A stretch of 64,000 bases of DNA from positions 54,091 through 118,090 of the forward strand of contig JBAZQK010000001.1 in assembly GCA_041645215.1 (NCBI GenBank). The letters run 5' to 3'. This DNA is from Patescibacteria group bacterium. GTDB lineage: Bacteria; Patescibacteriota; Patescibacteriia; Veblenbacterales; UBA10138. The notes under the pieces are model-generated. The model did not search any database and was not told the origin of the DNA. It was given only the letters and a program-made list of their open reading frames with translations. The first letter of the stretch is position 1. Each line of letters begins with the position of its first letter. A program made the translations under genes and the position numbers. Shown here one piece after another: positions 55,496 to 64,000 of the stretch.

Positions 55496-58471
55496 GTGCT
55501 AACCGATATTAAATCAAAACTTAATCAATTGCTGTGGGCCGTGGTGGGCCAAAAACGGCGGCTTTATGTTGTGCCGCTGATAGCGGCCGGAATATCAGCT
55601 TTGTTACTAGTTGTGCCACTGCCGGCCTATGCCAGTTTATGGTCGTTGTTAGCGGAGTTAGTCTTATGGATTGCCAAGTTGATCGGCGGGTTGGTAATAA
55701 CTTTGATTGATATTTTAATACAGATTGTTCAGTATAATGATTTTATCAACGCGCCGGCGGTAAGTAAGGGGTGGGTAATAGTGCGCGATGTGGTGAATAT
55801 GTTTGTGATTGTGCTGATGCTGGTAATCGCCTTTGCCACCACTTTTCGCATTGAGGAGTATCAATATAAAAAACTATTAAGCAGACTGCTGATAATGTCG
55901 GTGCTGGTCAATTTTTCCAAAATGCTGACCGGCTTTTTTATTGATTTTGCCCAAGTGATAATGCTCACCTTTGTCAATGGTTTTAAAGAGGCGGCGGCCG
56001 GTAATTTTGTCAACGGTTTTAAAATTCAAGCTATGTATGATTTCGCGCAAAATACGGATGCCGCCGGAAAAGCTGACTCTGGTGATTTTTTGGTGGCCGC
56101 GCTGTTGGCGCTGATAAGTTTGACAATAACTTTGGTTGTGGTGGGGGTTTATGTGGTGGTGTTTTTGCTAAGAATTGTGTTTTTATGGATGCTAATCATT
56201 CTTTCGCCAATGGCTTTTGTGCTGTCGGCGTTTCCCGGGCAAGCTAAAAAATATTCTACCGAGTGGTGGGAATATTTTGGCAAATATTTAACTGCCGGCC
56301 CGATTCTGGCGTTCTTTTTATGGCTTAGCTTGGCGGTAATGCAGTTTGATAGCAGCGCCTTTGGCACAGCTTTTAAGGCAGAAACCAAAGAAACCGCCGG
56401 GGTGGGCACAGTGGCGAGCAGTGGCGCCGTGGGCGCTTCCATTTCTGCATTTGGTCAGTCTGATGTTTTGCTGTCGTTTATTATTAACATAATTTTATTG
56501 CTGGGCGGATTATGGATGACGCAGAAACTAGGCGTGGCCGGCGGCAAGCTGGCCGGGGCGGCTTTAGCCAAAATCCAATCCGCCGGCGCTTCAATCGCCA
56601 AAGCGCCATTCAAGCCAGTAGGATTTCTCGCCAGTCGTGTCTGGGGCACGGCTAAATACAATTGGAATTTGGCTACTTCAAAGTTGATGGAGGGGCATGA
56701 AGGCAAAAAAGTGGGAATTTTAAGGAAAGCGGCCTTTGCGGTTCTTAACCCAGTGGCTGCCGCCCGCGGTTGGGAAGCCCGTACTGAAGAGATAGAAAAA
56801 CAAGCACAGGAGATAGCCGGCGCTTATGGACGTGAAGTTACAGAGCAGTTCCGTACCGGCGGTAAGCTCAAGATGCCGTATGCCACTTTTACCGAAAGAC
56901 GGCACGAAGACGAGTTTCAGAAGGAATATCAGAATATGACTAAAGAAGAATTCATGGAAACTGCCCTTAATACCGAAAATTTGGGTGGTCTAGAGGGTAA
57001 ACGCCGTAGGCGCGCCATAGTGAAGTCAGCTGCTTCACAAGGGTATCTAGATGATATTATGCGTTTGGGCCACTTTGCCAATAAATACGGCAAGGCTGAT
57101 GGGACTGTATATGATGACGAGACTTTGGATAACTTTCTTTATGGCTACATGGGGCATGACCAGGAAAGTATGCGCGTGATGACGACTGACCTAGAACACC
57201 TTGGTAAGGGTACCCATCATTGGGAGTATCTCGGGCATGCTTATTTTGACCCCAAGTCCGGCGCTTACCATCGTGGCTACAACGTGAAAAGTAAGGATGA
57301 AAAAGGTAATGACGTCCTAGAGAATACTTGGCAGAAAGAATATTCACGGCAGGAGATTCAGAAGGTTGGTGGCCGTATTCGCGTTCAAGACGCCCCGCAT
57401 AATGAGTTGAGTATTAAAGGTGATATGTGGAAAGAAGGTGAGGAAGATGAAGATGGTAATGTGCATCATGCGGGCGAATTTAAGATTAATAAGGCAGGGA
57501 CCGAAGCTGGTCAAATAGCCGGGTTTAGGTGGGGACACGGCGAAGGAGGTCCTACCGGTTTCCAGCAGTACATAATGAGTGCAACTTCAGATGCTTCTAC
57601 TCTGCGCGATATACACTTTGCTCAAGGTAGAATGAAGGAGGCTATGCTCTCTAAAGAGGTGGATGGAAAGACTGGGGAGGTCATAGTTGATTCAATGGAG
57701 CAACTAGAGAAAATCCAGCATTTGTTTGATGAGATTCCAAATAAAATTTTAAGATTTTACGCCCAACTAGCAGATATTAATGATCTCAAAGAAATAGAGG
57801 CCCTGAGCGGGTTTGTAGTTAGGGTAAAGGACAAAGAAACAGGCCAAGAAACCTCCCATATTATAGGGGAACCAGAACATAAACCTCCTATAGCTGCTGA
57901 AACTGCTGCTAAACTTGCACGGGATAAAAGTATTCCAGGTAAGGATGAAAAGGAATTGGCTCCAAGAGAAAGCGCAGTGGCTGATGTGATCTCTCAAATG
58001 ATGTTGGGGCAGACCAATTCGCTTGATGCAATGGCAGCTGCTCTGGAGGGGAGTAAAAAGTTCGAGGATGGCACTGACTTTAATAAATTAGCAGAACAGG
58101 TCGTGGGGGCATGGTCGAGCAAACGACAAGAGTTTTTCGAGCCGAATGATTTAATGGGCCAGTTTGCTGGCAGGGGTGTTATGGGTAAAGATATGGTTGA
58201 TTTTGTTAAAGAAATTAAATCGGCAATTGTGCGGGGTTTCCTTGATGCTGCTATGATAAAAAAGCATGGGATTAGTAGTGATGATACTGTTAAGTTAATT
58301 AGGAACGCAGTGAGGTCTAAGATTTTCCCCGACCCCGAGAAACCAAATGAGGCCAGGGCTGGCAGGCAGAAGATTGAGTTCAGCGAACAGGAATTGGGAC
58401 AGTTACAGCCGCAGATTGATCTGACTATTCGTTCCTTCCTTCCTTTAGCTCCCTCCCAATCTTCTCCTTAG
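55496..58471 (+). CDS. VirB6/TrbL-like polytopic membrane protein with long soluble tail
   Basis: GWVIVRDVVNMF, LVNFSKMLTGFFID, RIVFLWMLIILSPMAF, WWEYF; upstream of PrgI and VirB4 genes. Confidence 0.75.
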   Translation: MLTDIKSKLNQLLWAVVGQKRRLYVVPLIAAGISALLLVVPLPAYASLWSLLAELVLWIAKLIGGLVITLIDILIQIVQYNDFINAPAVSKGWVIVRDVVNMFVIVLMLVIAFATTFRIEEYQYKKLLSRLLIMSVLVNFSKMLTGFFIDFAQVIMLTFVNGFKEAAAGNFVNGFKIQAMYDFAQNTDAAGKADSGDFLVAALLALISLTITLVVVGVYVVVFLLRIVFLWMLIILSPMAFVLSAFPGQAKKYSTEWWEYFGKYLTAGPILAFFLWLSLAVMQFDSSAFGTAFKAETKETAGVGTVASSGAVGASISAFGQSDVLLSFIINIILLLGGLWMTQKLGVAGGKLAGAALAKIQSAGASIAKAPFKPVGFLASRVWGTAKYNWNLATSKLMEGHEGKKVGILRKAAFAVLNPVAAARGWEARTEEIEKQAQEIAGAYGREVTEQFRTGGKLKMPYATFTERRHEDEFQKEYQNMTKEEFMETALNTENLGGLEGKRRRRAIVKSAASQGYLDDIMRLGHFANKYGKADGTVYDDETLDNFLYGYMGHDQESMRVMTTDLEHLGKGTHHWEYLGHAYFDPKSGAYHRGYNVKSKDEKGNDVLENTWQKEYSRQEIQKVGGRIRVQDAPHNELSIKGDMWKEGEEDEDGNVHHAGEFKINKAGTEAGQIAGFRWGHGEGGPTGFQQYIMSATSDASTLRDIHFAQGRMKEAMLSKEVDGKTGEVIVDSMEQLEKIQHLFDEIPNKILRFYAQLADINDLKEIEALSGFVVRVKDKETGQETSHIIGEPEHKPPIAAETAAKLARDKSIPGKDEKELAPRESAVADVISQMMLGQTNSLDAMAAALEGSKKFEDGTDFNKLAEQVVGAWSSKRQEFFEPNDLMGQFAGRGVMGKDMVDFVKEIKSAIVRGFLDAAMIKKHGISSDDTVKLIRNAVRSKIFPDPEKPNEARAGRQKIEFSEQELGQLQPQIDLTIRSFLPLAPSQSSP

Positions 58472-58541
58472 AAAATTTTTTATGATAGCTGTTTTGTGAC
58501 CCCCATTTATTTGTTATCAAATTAGAATCAAGGTTATAATT

Positions 58542-60539
58542 ATGACGCAATTACGGCGGTTAGACGACCTGCGGTATATTGACCCTCAAGAGCTTAATCA
58601 ACCTGCAGTTTTACAGCAGGTGACGGCCTTGACACGGGATTCTTATACTACTTACGAAGCTGATGAGATTGATTCGGCTATTTTGTCACTTGAGCAAGCG
58701 GTGGAATTGGTGGATGACGAGCTGGGTAAAAATTGGAAACTACGCCCTAGTTATGAAAAACTGTTGGCGCTGTTACGTTTTGGGCTTTTAATAGTTCGTT
58801 TTAGCGAGAAAGATGTTCGTGAGGTGTTGACTGGCAATCTGATTTTTTTTCTCAAAGAGGAACCGGATTTGCGGGAGCGTTTCCGCAGCTTGGTCTTTGT
58901 GCAGGGTGACTATAATATGGCTAAGCGCAAGGAACTGCTGAACATTTTGACCGTTAATCGTGAGCAGCTGGCCGGACACACTGTTGAGGAGTGGCTTAAG
59001 GACTACAACAACACAGTAGGTGCTAGTCAGAGAGGTGGGTTAACCCAGGTGAGCTATTTGAACCAAAGTCAGTTGGCAAAATCCTTGCATACCACCGAAG
59101 ATAGGGAAATTTTACTGAACCTTTTGCAAACCTATGATTGGCTTAGAGAGGGTGGCGCTTTGCCAGTTGAACTTATTGTGCCAGAACGTAAGTTAACCGC
59201 GGTCGGCCGTGAGCGTGTGCCGCACGCTGCAACCGTTGTTACTGGTAAACCTGAGGCCGATATTATTGCGCCAGCGTCTAATGCTTCACCAGTGACTGTC
59301 TCTGCTCCAGTTGCCTTAGCAAAGCCGCTCGCCGTCTCGGCTACTCCAGTAGCCACCCCGCCTGTCGAGGTTACCCGATCAACTTTCGTGCCGCCGCTTA
59401 AGCCGGTGCCGCAGGTGATGAAGTCCGCCCAGCCCGCGTTTTTGTTTGATGAGACGGATGAGCGGGAAGCAGACCGCTATCGCGAGCAAATGGCAAATAG
59501 CAAATGGCGAATGGCAGGAAGTCTAGAAGGTAAACTTAGGACTAGAGCCGAGGAAGTGGTTAAGGAGCGTAATTTCAGTTTTAAGGACGAGGTTAGCCAT
59601 AAGCGGTTTGTGCAGTTGTTTGTGTCGTTTTTGAAAGATGTGCGGGATGTTATTGAGACGCGGGAAATGCTGCTTAAAAGTACGGATAGCGGCGGACTTG
59701 GTTTAACCAGCGACAAAACCGAGAAAGTTATGGAGATTTTAGAGCAAGCGAAGAAGGAGTTTGAATCAAGAATTAAGAATCAAGAATTAAGAACAGAAGA
59801 GACAAAGCCGTTAGATTCTTCAGCCGATAGCCCTCGGTTTCAGAATGACAAAGTGAAGCAGGTTGATATAACATCTAAACCCAAAACCGAGTTGGATAAG
59901 ATGATTGAGGCCGAGGCAGTAGCACTGGAACACTTAAACACCCCAAAGAACGTCACTGGAGTGACGTCTACGGGGCAGGCTGGAACACTGGAACAAAAGA
60001 GTGAGATTCTTCACTCCGTTCAGAATGACAAGACGAGGCAGAATCTAGAAATTAATCCAGAAAAATTAGAAGTTACCAGACAACAGATTTTGCAGGAAAT
60101 CGTGGGGAAAATTGAAGCTGAAAAACCTCAAGCAGTAGGTTCGATAGAGTTGCGCACTACTGGGCAAGAGGGAGCAACGCGTCCGCGGTTAATGGATATT
60201 AAAGCCCCGCCCCGTGTGTTAGGGCCGGTGGAGGAGTTAAGAACCTTATCAATGGTTGATTTTCGTCGCTTAGCTAAAGAGCCGGTTGAGGTCTTAAATA
60301 AAATTAGTAAAAAAATTGATATTATTGGTGAAACTTCAGTGGGCAAGCGGGTGGAGGCGGTGCGGGCTTGGCAAAATTCGCCGGTATATCAGTTGTATTT
60401 AAAAATTGGCCGCCAAAGCATTGATAGTGGCAAATCAGTGGTTGATATAATTGCGGAATATACCAGCCAAGGGGAAGTTGTTTTGAGCGAGGGTGAGTTC
60501 AACGCCATTGTTGATTTTAATGAACGGATCAGATTCTAG
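58542..60539 (+). CDS. Hypothetical protein with repeat-derived linker segments
   Basis: 665-aa ORF; ordered-looking blocks (LKDVRD...GGLGL, GPVEELR...AWQNSPVYQLY) separated by low-complexity and REP-derived linkers. Confidence 0.8.
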   Translation: MTQLRRLDDLRYIDPQELNQPAVLQQVTALTRDSYTTYEADEIDSAILSLEQAVELVDDELGKNWKLRPSYEKLLALLRFGLLIVRFSEKDVREVLTGNLIFFLKEEPDLRERFRSLVFVQGDYNMAKRKELLNILTVNREQLAGHTVEEWLKDYNNTVGASQRGGLTQVSYLNQSQLAKSLHTTEDREILLNLLQTYDWLREGGALPVELIVPERKLTAVGRERVPHAATVVTGKPEADIIAPASNASPVTVSAPVALAKPLAVSATPVATPPVEVTRSTFVPPLKPVPQVMKSAQPAFLFDETDEREADRYREQMANSKWRMAGSLEGKLRTRAEEVVKERNFSFKDEVSHKRFVQLFVSFLKDVRDVIETREMLLKSTDSGGLGLTSDKTEKVMEILEQAKKEFESRIKNQELRTEETKPLDSSADSPRFQNDKVKQVDITSKPKTELDKMIEAEAVALEHLNTPKNVTGVTSTGQAGTLEQKSEILHSVQNDKTRQNLEINPEKLEVTRQQILQEIVGKIEAEKPQAVGSIELRTTGQEGATRPRLMDIKAPPRVLGPVEELRTLSMVDFRRLAKEPVEVLNKISKKIDIIGETSVGKRVEAVRAWQNSPVYQLYLKIGRQSIDSGKSVVDIIAEYTSQGEVVLSEGEFNAIVDFNERIRF

Positions 60540-60599
60540 AATTATGAATCAAGAATTAGGAATTAAGAATAATACAGCAAAAATAAAAACATTTACAGT

Positions 60600-61001
60600 A
60601 TGGAAACTCAAAACTCAAATCGCAAAAGTCAAAACCACAACGTAAAAGCTAAAAGTGATTTAAAACACAGATGTTATTATTATTCCATTAATATCATTAA
60701 GTTTTTAAAAACCCTGCCTAATGATAAAGTATACTGGAGCATATCAGACCAGCTATTAAGGAGTGCCACTAGTATTGGAGCCAATGTAATTGAGGCAAAA
60801 TCAGCCAGTTCCAGAAGAGATTTCATTAAATTTTATGACATTGCCCTAAAGAGCGCCAATGAAACCAAATATTGGTTAGCCTTAATGAGAGACGCTCTTG
60901 GCATAACCGCAATCCAGGTTAATCCTTTGTTGATTGAAGTTGAAGAACTATCTAATATTTTAGCCGCCAGCTTGTTAACCTTAAAGAACAAAAGACAATG
61001 A
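60600..61001 (+). CDS. Four helix bundle protein (23S rRNA IVP / TIGR02436-like)
   Basis: DQLLRSATSIGANVIEA, SRRDF, ALKSANETKYWL. Confidence 0.92.
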   Translation: METQNSNRKSQNHNVKAKSDLKHRCYYYSINIIKFLKTLPNDKVYWSISDQLLRSATSIGANVIEAKSASSRRDFIKFYDIALKSANETKYWLALMRDALGITAIQVNPLLIEVEELSNILAASLLTLKNKRQ

Positions 61002-61059
61002 TTTTTACTTTTGCGTTGTGGTTTTGAGATTTGACTTTTTAGTTTTAACTTTTCCTACT

Positions 61060-61512
61060 GTGCAACAATTCGTCGTGCCCCAATTTATAGACGTTGAGGA
61101 TAAAATTTTTGGCCCCATAACCACGCGGCAATTCATTATTTTGTTAGTGGGGGCGTTTATTCTTTTTATTGAGTATAAAATATTAGATTTTACCCTGTTT
61201 GTTCTACTGGGGGTAATAACATTGGTAGTTTTTGGAATTTTGGCCTTTTTTAAGATAAATGGTATGCCGGTTCACTATTTTTTGTTAAACTTTACTCAAA
61301 GCTTCAAACGCCCCAAGGTGCGCATTTGGCAAAAGGATATTAATGAGCAAGAGCTTAAACTAAACCTGCATCGCCCCGTGATGGTTACTAAGGCCGTAAC
61401 GGCGCTAAAGCCGCCTTTGGAAAAATCTAAACTCACCCAACTTGGTATGTTGGTTGATACGGGAGGAATGTATAGAGGAGAGGAAGAAGAGATTAGTAAG
61501 AGGAGTAATTAA
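61060..61512 (+). CDS. PrgI-family membrane protein
   Basis: QFVVPQFIDVEDKIFGPITTRQF plus two TMs; GTG start at 61060. Confidence 0.88.
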   Translation: MQQFVVPQFIDVEDKIFGPITTRQFIILLVGAFILFIEYKILDFTLFVLLGVITLVVFGILAFFKINGMPVHYFLLNFTQSFKRPKVRIWQKDINEQELKLNLHRPVMVTKAVTALKPPLEKSKLTQLGMLVDTGGMYRGEEEEISKRSN

Positions 61513-61532
61513 TGTAAAATGCAAAAATCAAA

Positions 61533-61904
61533 ATGGAAAATGACAAATTAAAATTTAAAAATGAATTCAAGAAAAGATTATATTCTTTTGTACTAAGCTT
61601 AATTAAGTTTATTGAATCTCTATCTAAAGGGGCTGTCAGCGATGTAATGGGTAAGCAATTATTACGCAGTGGCACTAGTATATTGGCCAATTATATAGAG
61701 GCCAATTCAGCCAGTTCCAAAAAAGATTTTATTAACTTTTTTACTCATTCTTTAAAATCAGCTAATGAATCAAAAGTTTGGCTAACACTCTTAAGAGATA
61801 CTAATAAAGGCAGTAAATCAGAGGTTGATTATCTTTTAAATGAATTGATAGAAATAGCTAATATTTTAGCTTCAAGTATATTAACTCTTAAAAACAAAAA
61901 ATAA
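61533..61904 (+). CDS. Four helix bundle protein
   Basis: KQLLRSGTSILANYIEA, SKKDF, SLKSANESKVWL. Confidence 0.92.
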   Translation: MENDKLKFKNEFKKRLYSFVLSLIKFIESLSKGAVSDVMGKQLLRSGTSILANYIEANSASSKKDFINFFTHSLKSANESKVWLTLLRDTNKGSKSEVDYLLNELIEIANILASSILTLKNKK

Positions 61905-61960
61905 TTTTGCATTTTTAATTGTAATTTTGATTTTTGATATTTACATTTTGAATTTTGACT

Positions 61961-62647
61961 ATGCCCAAACGCGAATTAGCCGGTAAAAAAAAGTCGCTCC
62001 CGTCAACCACCAGGTACTTGGATATTGGCGAGATTAGGGATGATGCCGTAGTTTTAAGAGATGGCACCTTGCGGGCCGTGTTGATGTGTTCGTCAATTAA
62101 TTTTTCGCTGAAAAGCGATGACGAGCAGAAGGCAATCGTGCAGGGCTATGTAAGTTTTCTTAATTCTTTGGAATTTCCTTTACAAATTGTGGCCCAATCG
62201 CGCAAATTAAATATTGACGGGTATTTGGCCAATTTAAACAACATCGCCAAACAGCAAACTAATGAATTGTTACGGGTGCAGATTAATGATTACACGGCCT
62301 ATATTAAAGAACTAATATCACTGGGCGATATTATGACTAAGCGTTTTTATGTGGTGGTGCCGTATAATCCGGGTAGTGACAAACGCCGCAGCTTTTGGGA
62401 GAGATTTGTTTCCATTTTTTCCGCCGCTAAAGCCGTTAGATTGTCGCGTGATAAATTTAATAAATATTTGGAATCTTTGGAAAGACGGGCTGGTCAGGTA
62501 GAAAGCGGCCTGGCCTCAATGGGTTTAACCGCGGTCCGACTTGATACCCAAAGTTTAATTGAGCTTTATTATACAAGTTACAATCCGGAACTTAGAGAAA
62601 CGGAAAAGTTGGCCGGAATGGATGAGATACAAGTGGAAGCAGATTAA
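61961..62647 (+). CDS. VirB4/TraE N-terminal-like T4SS protein
   Basis: LRAVLMCSSINFSLKSDDEQ, FLNSLEFPLQI, KRFYVVVPY, LIELYYTSYNP; lies between PrgI and the ATPase. Confidence 0.8.
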   Translation: MPKRELAGKKKSLPSTTRYLDIGEIRDDAVVLRDGTLRAVLMCSSINFSLKSDDEQKAIVQGYVSFLNSLEFPLQIVAQSRKLNIDGYLANLNNIAKQQTNELLRVQINDYTAYIKELISLGDIMTKRFYVVVPYNPGSDKRRSFWERFVSIFSAAKAVRLSRDKFNKYLESLERRAGQVESGLASMGLTAVRLDTQSLIELYYTSYNPELRETEKLAGMDEIQVEAD

Positions 62648-62692
62648 AATGACAAAATAGAATTACGAATACCGAATCATGAATAGCGAATT

Positions 62693-63079
62693 ATGAATAA
62701 AACCAGCGATACCATAAAGTCTTTTACTGATTTAAATAGTTGGCGCGAAGCCCACCAACTAGTTTTGCTGGTTTATCAGGCGACTGGCAGTTTTCCTAAA
62801 GAGGAATTATTTGGTTTAACCAATCAAATTAGGCGCGCCGCAGTTTCAATTACTTCCAATATAGCTGAAGGATTTAGTCGTCAAAGTTATTCTGAAAAAG
62901 TGCATTTCTATTCTATCGCTCAAGGTTCTTTAACCGAAGTTCAAAATCAGTTGCTGATTGCTCGCGATATTGGTTATATAAAGATAAATTCTTTTACGGT
63001 TTTAGCTGACCAATCAATCGCTGCTCATAAGACGCTTAGCGGATTAATAAAAAAATCTAAAACTATTCGTGATTCGTGA
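62693..63079 (+). CDS. Four helix bundle protein
   Basis: FTDLNSW, FPKEELFGLTNQIRRAAVSITSNIAEGF, IAQGSLTE. Confidence 0.93.
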   Translation: MNKTSDTIKSFTDLNSWREAHQLVLLVYQATGSFPKEELFGLTNQIRRAAVSITSNIAEGFSRQSYSEKVHFYSIAQGSLTEVQNQLLIARDIGYIKINSFTVLADQSIAAHKTLSGLIKKSKTIRDS

Positions 63080-63156
63080 TTCGCTATTCGGAGTATTATA
63101 ATTTTACATTCTAACTTTTGACTTACCTTTGATATTTACATTTTAAATTTTCTATC

Positions 63157-64000
63157 ATGGCTATTTCTCCGGAAAAATTTGAAAGTGATTTACAAAAATC
63201 AGCCACTACCCGGGCGGCGCCCGCGGCAGCGGGAGAGGTGTCGGCTCGCCAGCTATTAGAGGCGGAGCGCATATTGCGCCAAGGTACGGTAAAAATAAGG
63301 GAATTAATCGCGCCGGCTTCATTCAAAGTTACGCCTGATCATGTTGAGTTAAACAATTTTTTTGTTAGAACTTTATTTGTTTTGACATATCCGCGTTATA
63401 TTTCTTTAGGCTGGTTTGCGCCTATCGTGAACTTGAATTTTGCGCTTGACATCGGAATGTACTTTTATTTGGTGCCCAGCGAAATTATTCTAAAACAATT
63501 GCGCAATAAAGTGGGCGCTCTGGAAGCGCAAATAATGGCCGACCACGAAAAAGGCGCGCCCCGCGACCCGGTGCGGGAGACCGCCCTGCAAGACATTGAA
63601 CAGTTGCGCGACAGCCTTACCCAGGGTTCGGAGAAATTTTTTCAGTTTGCTTTATATGTAACTTTATACGCCCCTAGCCTTAAAGAACTGGATAAGATTA
63701 CCGAGGAAGTGGAAAGTTTGTTCGGCTCTAAATTAATATATTCCCGTCGCGCTTTATGGCAGACGGAGCAGGGTTTTAATTCCACCTTGCCACTCGGTAA
63801 TGATGAATTGCAGATTTACTTTAATATGAATTCCTCGCCGATTGCTTCGTCTTTCCCGTTTACCTCGTCCGAACTTACCAGCGACAACGGAATTATGTAT
63901 GGCATTAACCGCCATAATAACTCGTTAATTTTATTTGATCGCTTTAGTTTGCAGAACGCCAACATGGTGGTATTTGCCACCTCGGGCGCTGGTAAAAGTT
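63157..64000 (+). CDS. VirB4/TraE-like ATPase, truncated by the window end
   Basis: Not in the ORF track. Read from ATG 63157 (MAISPEKF...ELIAPASF); the window ends in GINRHNNSLILFDRFSLQNANMVVFATSGAGKS (Walker A). Confidence 0.88.
   Translation, partial: MAISPEKFESDLQKSATTRAAPAAAGEVSARQLLEAERILRQGTVKIRELIAPASFKVTPDHVELNNFFVRTLFVLTYPRYISLGWFAPIVNLNFALDIGMYFYLVPSEIILKQLRNKVGALEAQIMADHEKGAPRDPVRETALQDIEQLRDSLTQGSEKFFQFALYVTLYAPSLKELDKITEEVESLFGSKLIYSRRALWQTEQGFNSTLPLGNDELQIYFNMNSSPIASSFPFTSSELTSDNGIMYGINRHNNSLILFDRFSLQNANMVVFATSGAGKS

Noticed and set aside
60600-63079. Diversity-generating retroelement (Avd-like genes)
   Set aside because: No reverse transcriptase and no template/variable repeat pair were seen.

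Overview
This is a chromosomal window from a Patescibacteria/CPR bacterium. It is Parcubacteria-like, inferred from the TrbC/VirB2-type pilin cluster, PilT, DUF3048, the rpsO-NYN-pnp order, ComM, a 3441-aa Cys-rich surface protein and a chromosomal VirB6-PrgI-VirB4 locus. It carries housekeeping genes (galU, murB, rpsO, pnp, lspA, leuS, tsaC, rsmA), surface-glycosylation genes, eight intact tRNA genes (all on the minus strand) and small accessory cassettes next to tRNAs. The most unusual signal is non-coding. (1) Nested tRNA genes: intact tRNA-Gly(TCC), tRNA-Arg(TCT) and tRNA-Ser(CGA) genes each sit, wrapped in inverted repeats, inside a loop of a second, interrupted gene for the same tRNA. 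The outer tRNA-Gly reassembles into a complete 75-nt cloverleaf once four hairpin inserts are removed. (2) Partial tRNA copies whose anticodon arm is replaced by a genome-wide palindrome. (3) Many small palindromic elements that insert into each other, into tRNA loops and in-frame into a protein. (4) Three four-helix-bundle genes, each enclosed by its own inverted repeat and interleaved in the T4SS-like operon, with empty versions of those repeats at other gene junctions. All calls are by eye; no database search was run.
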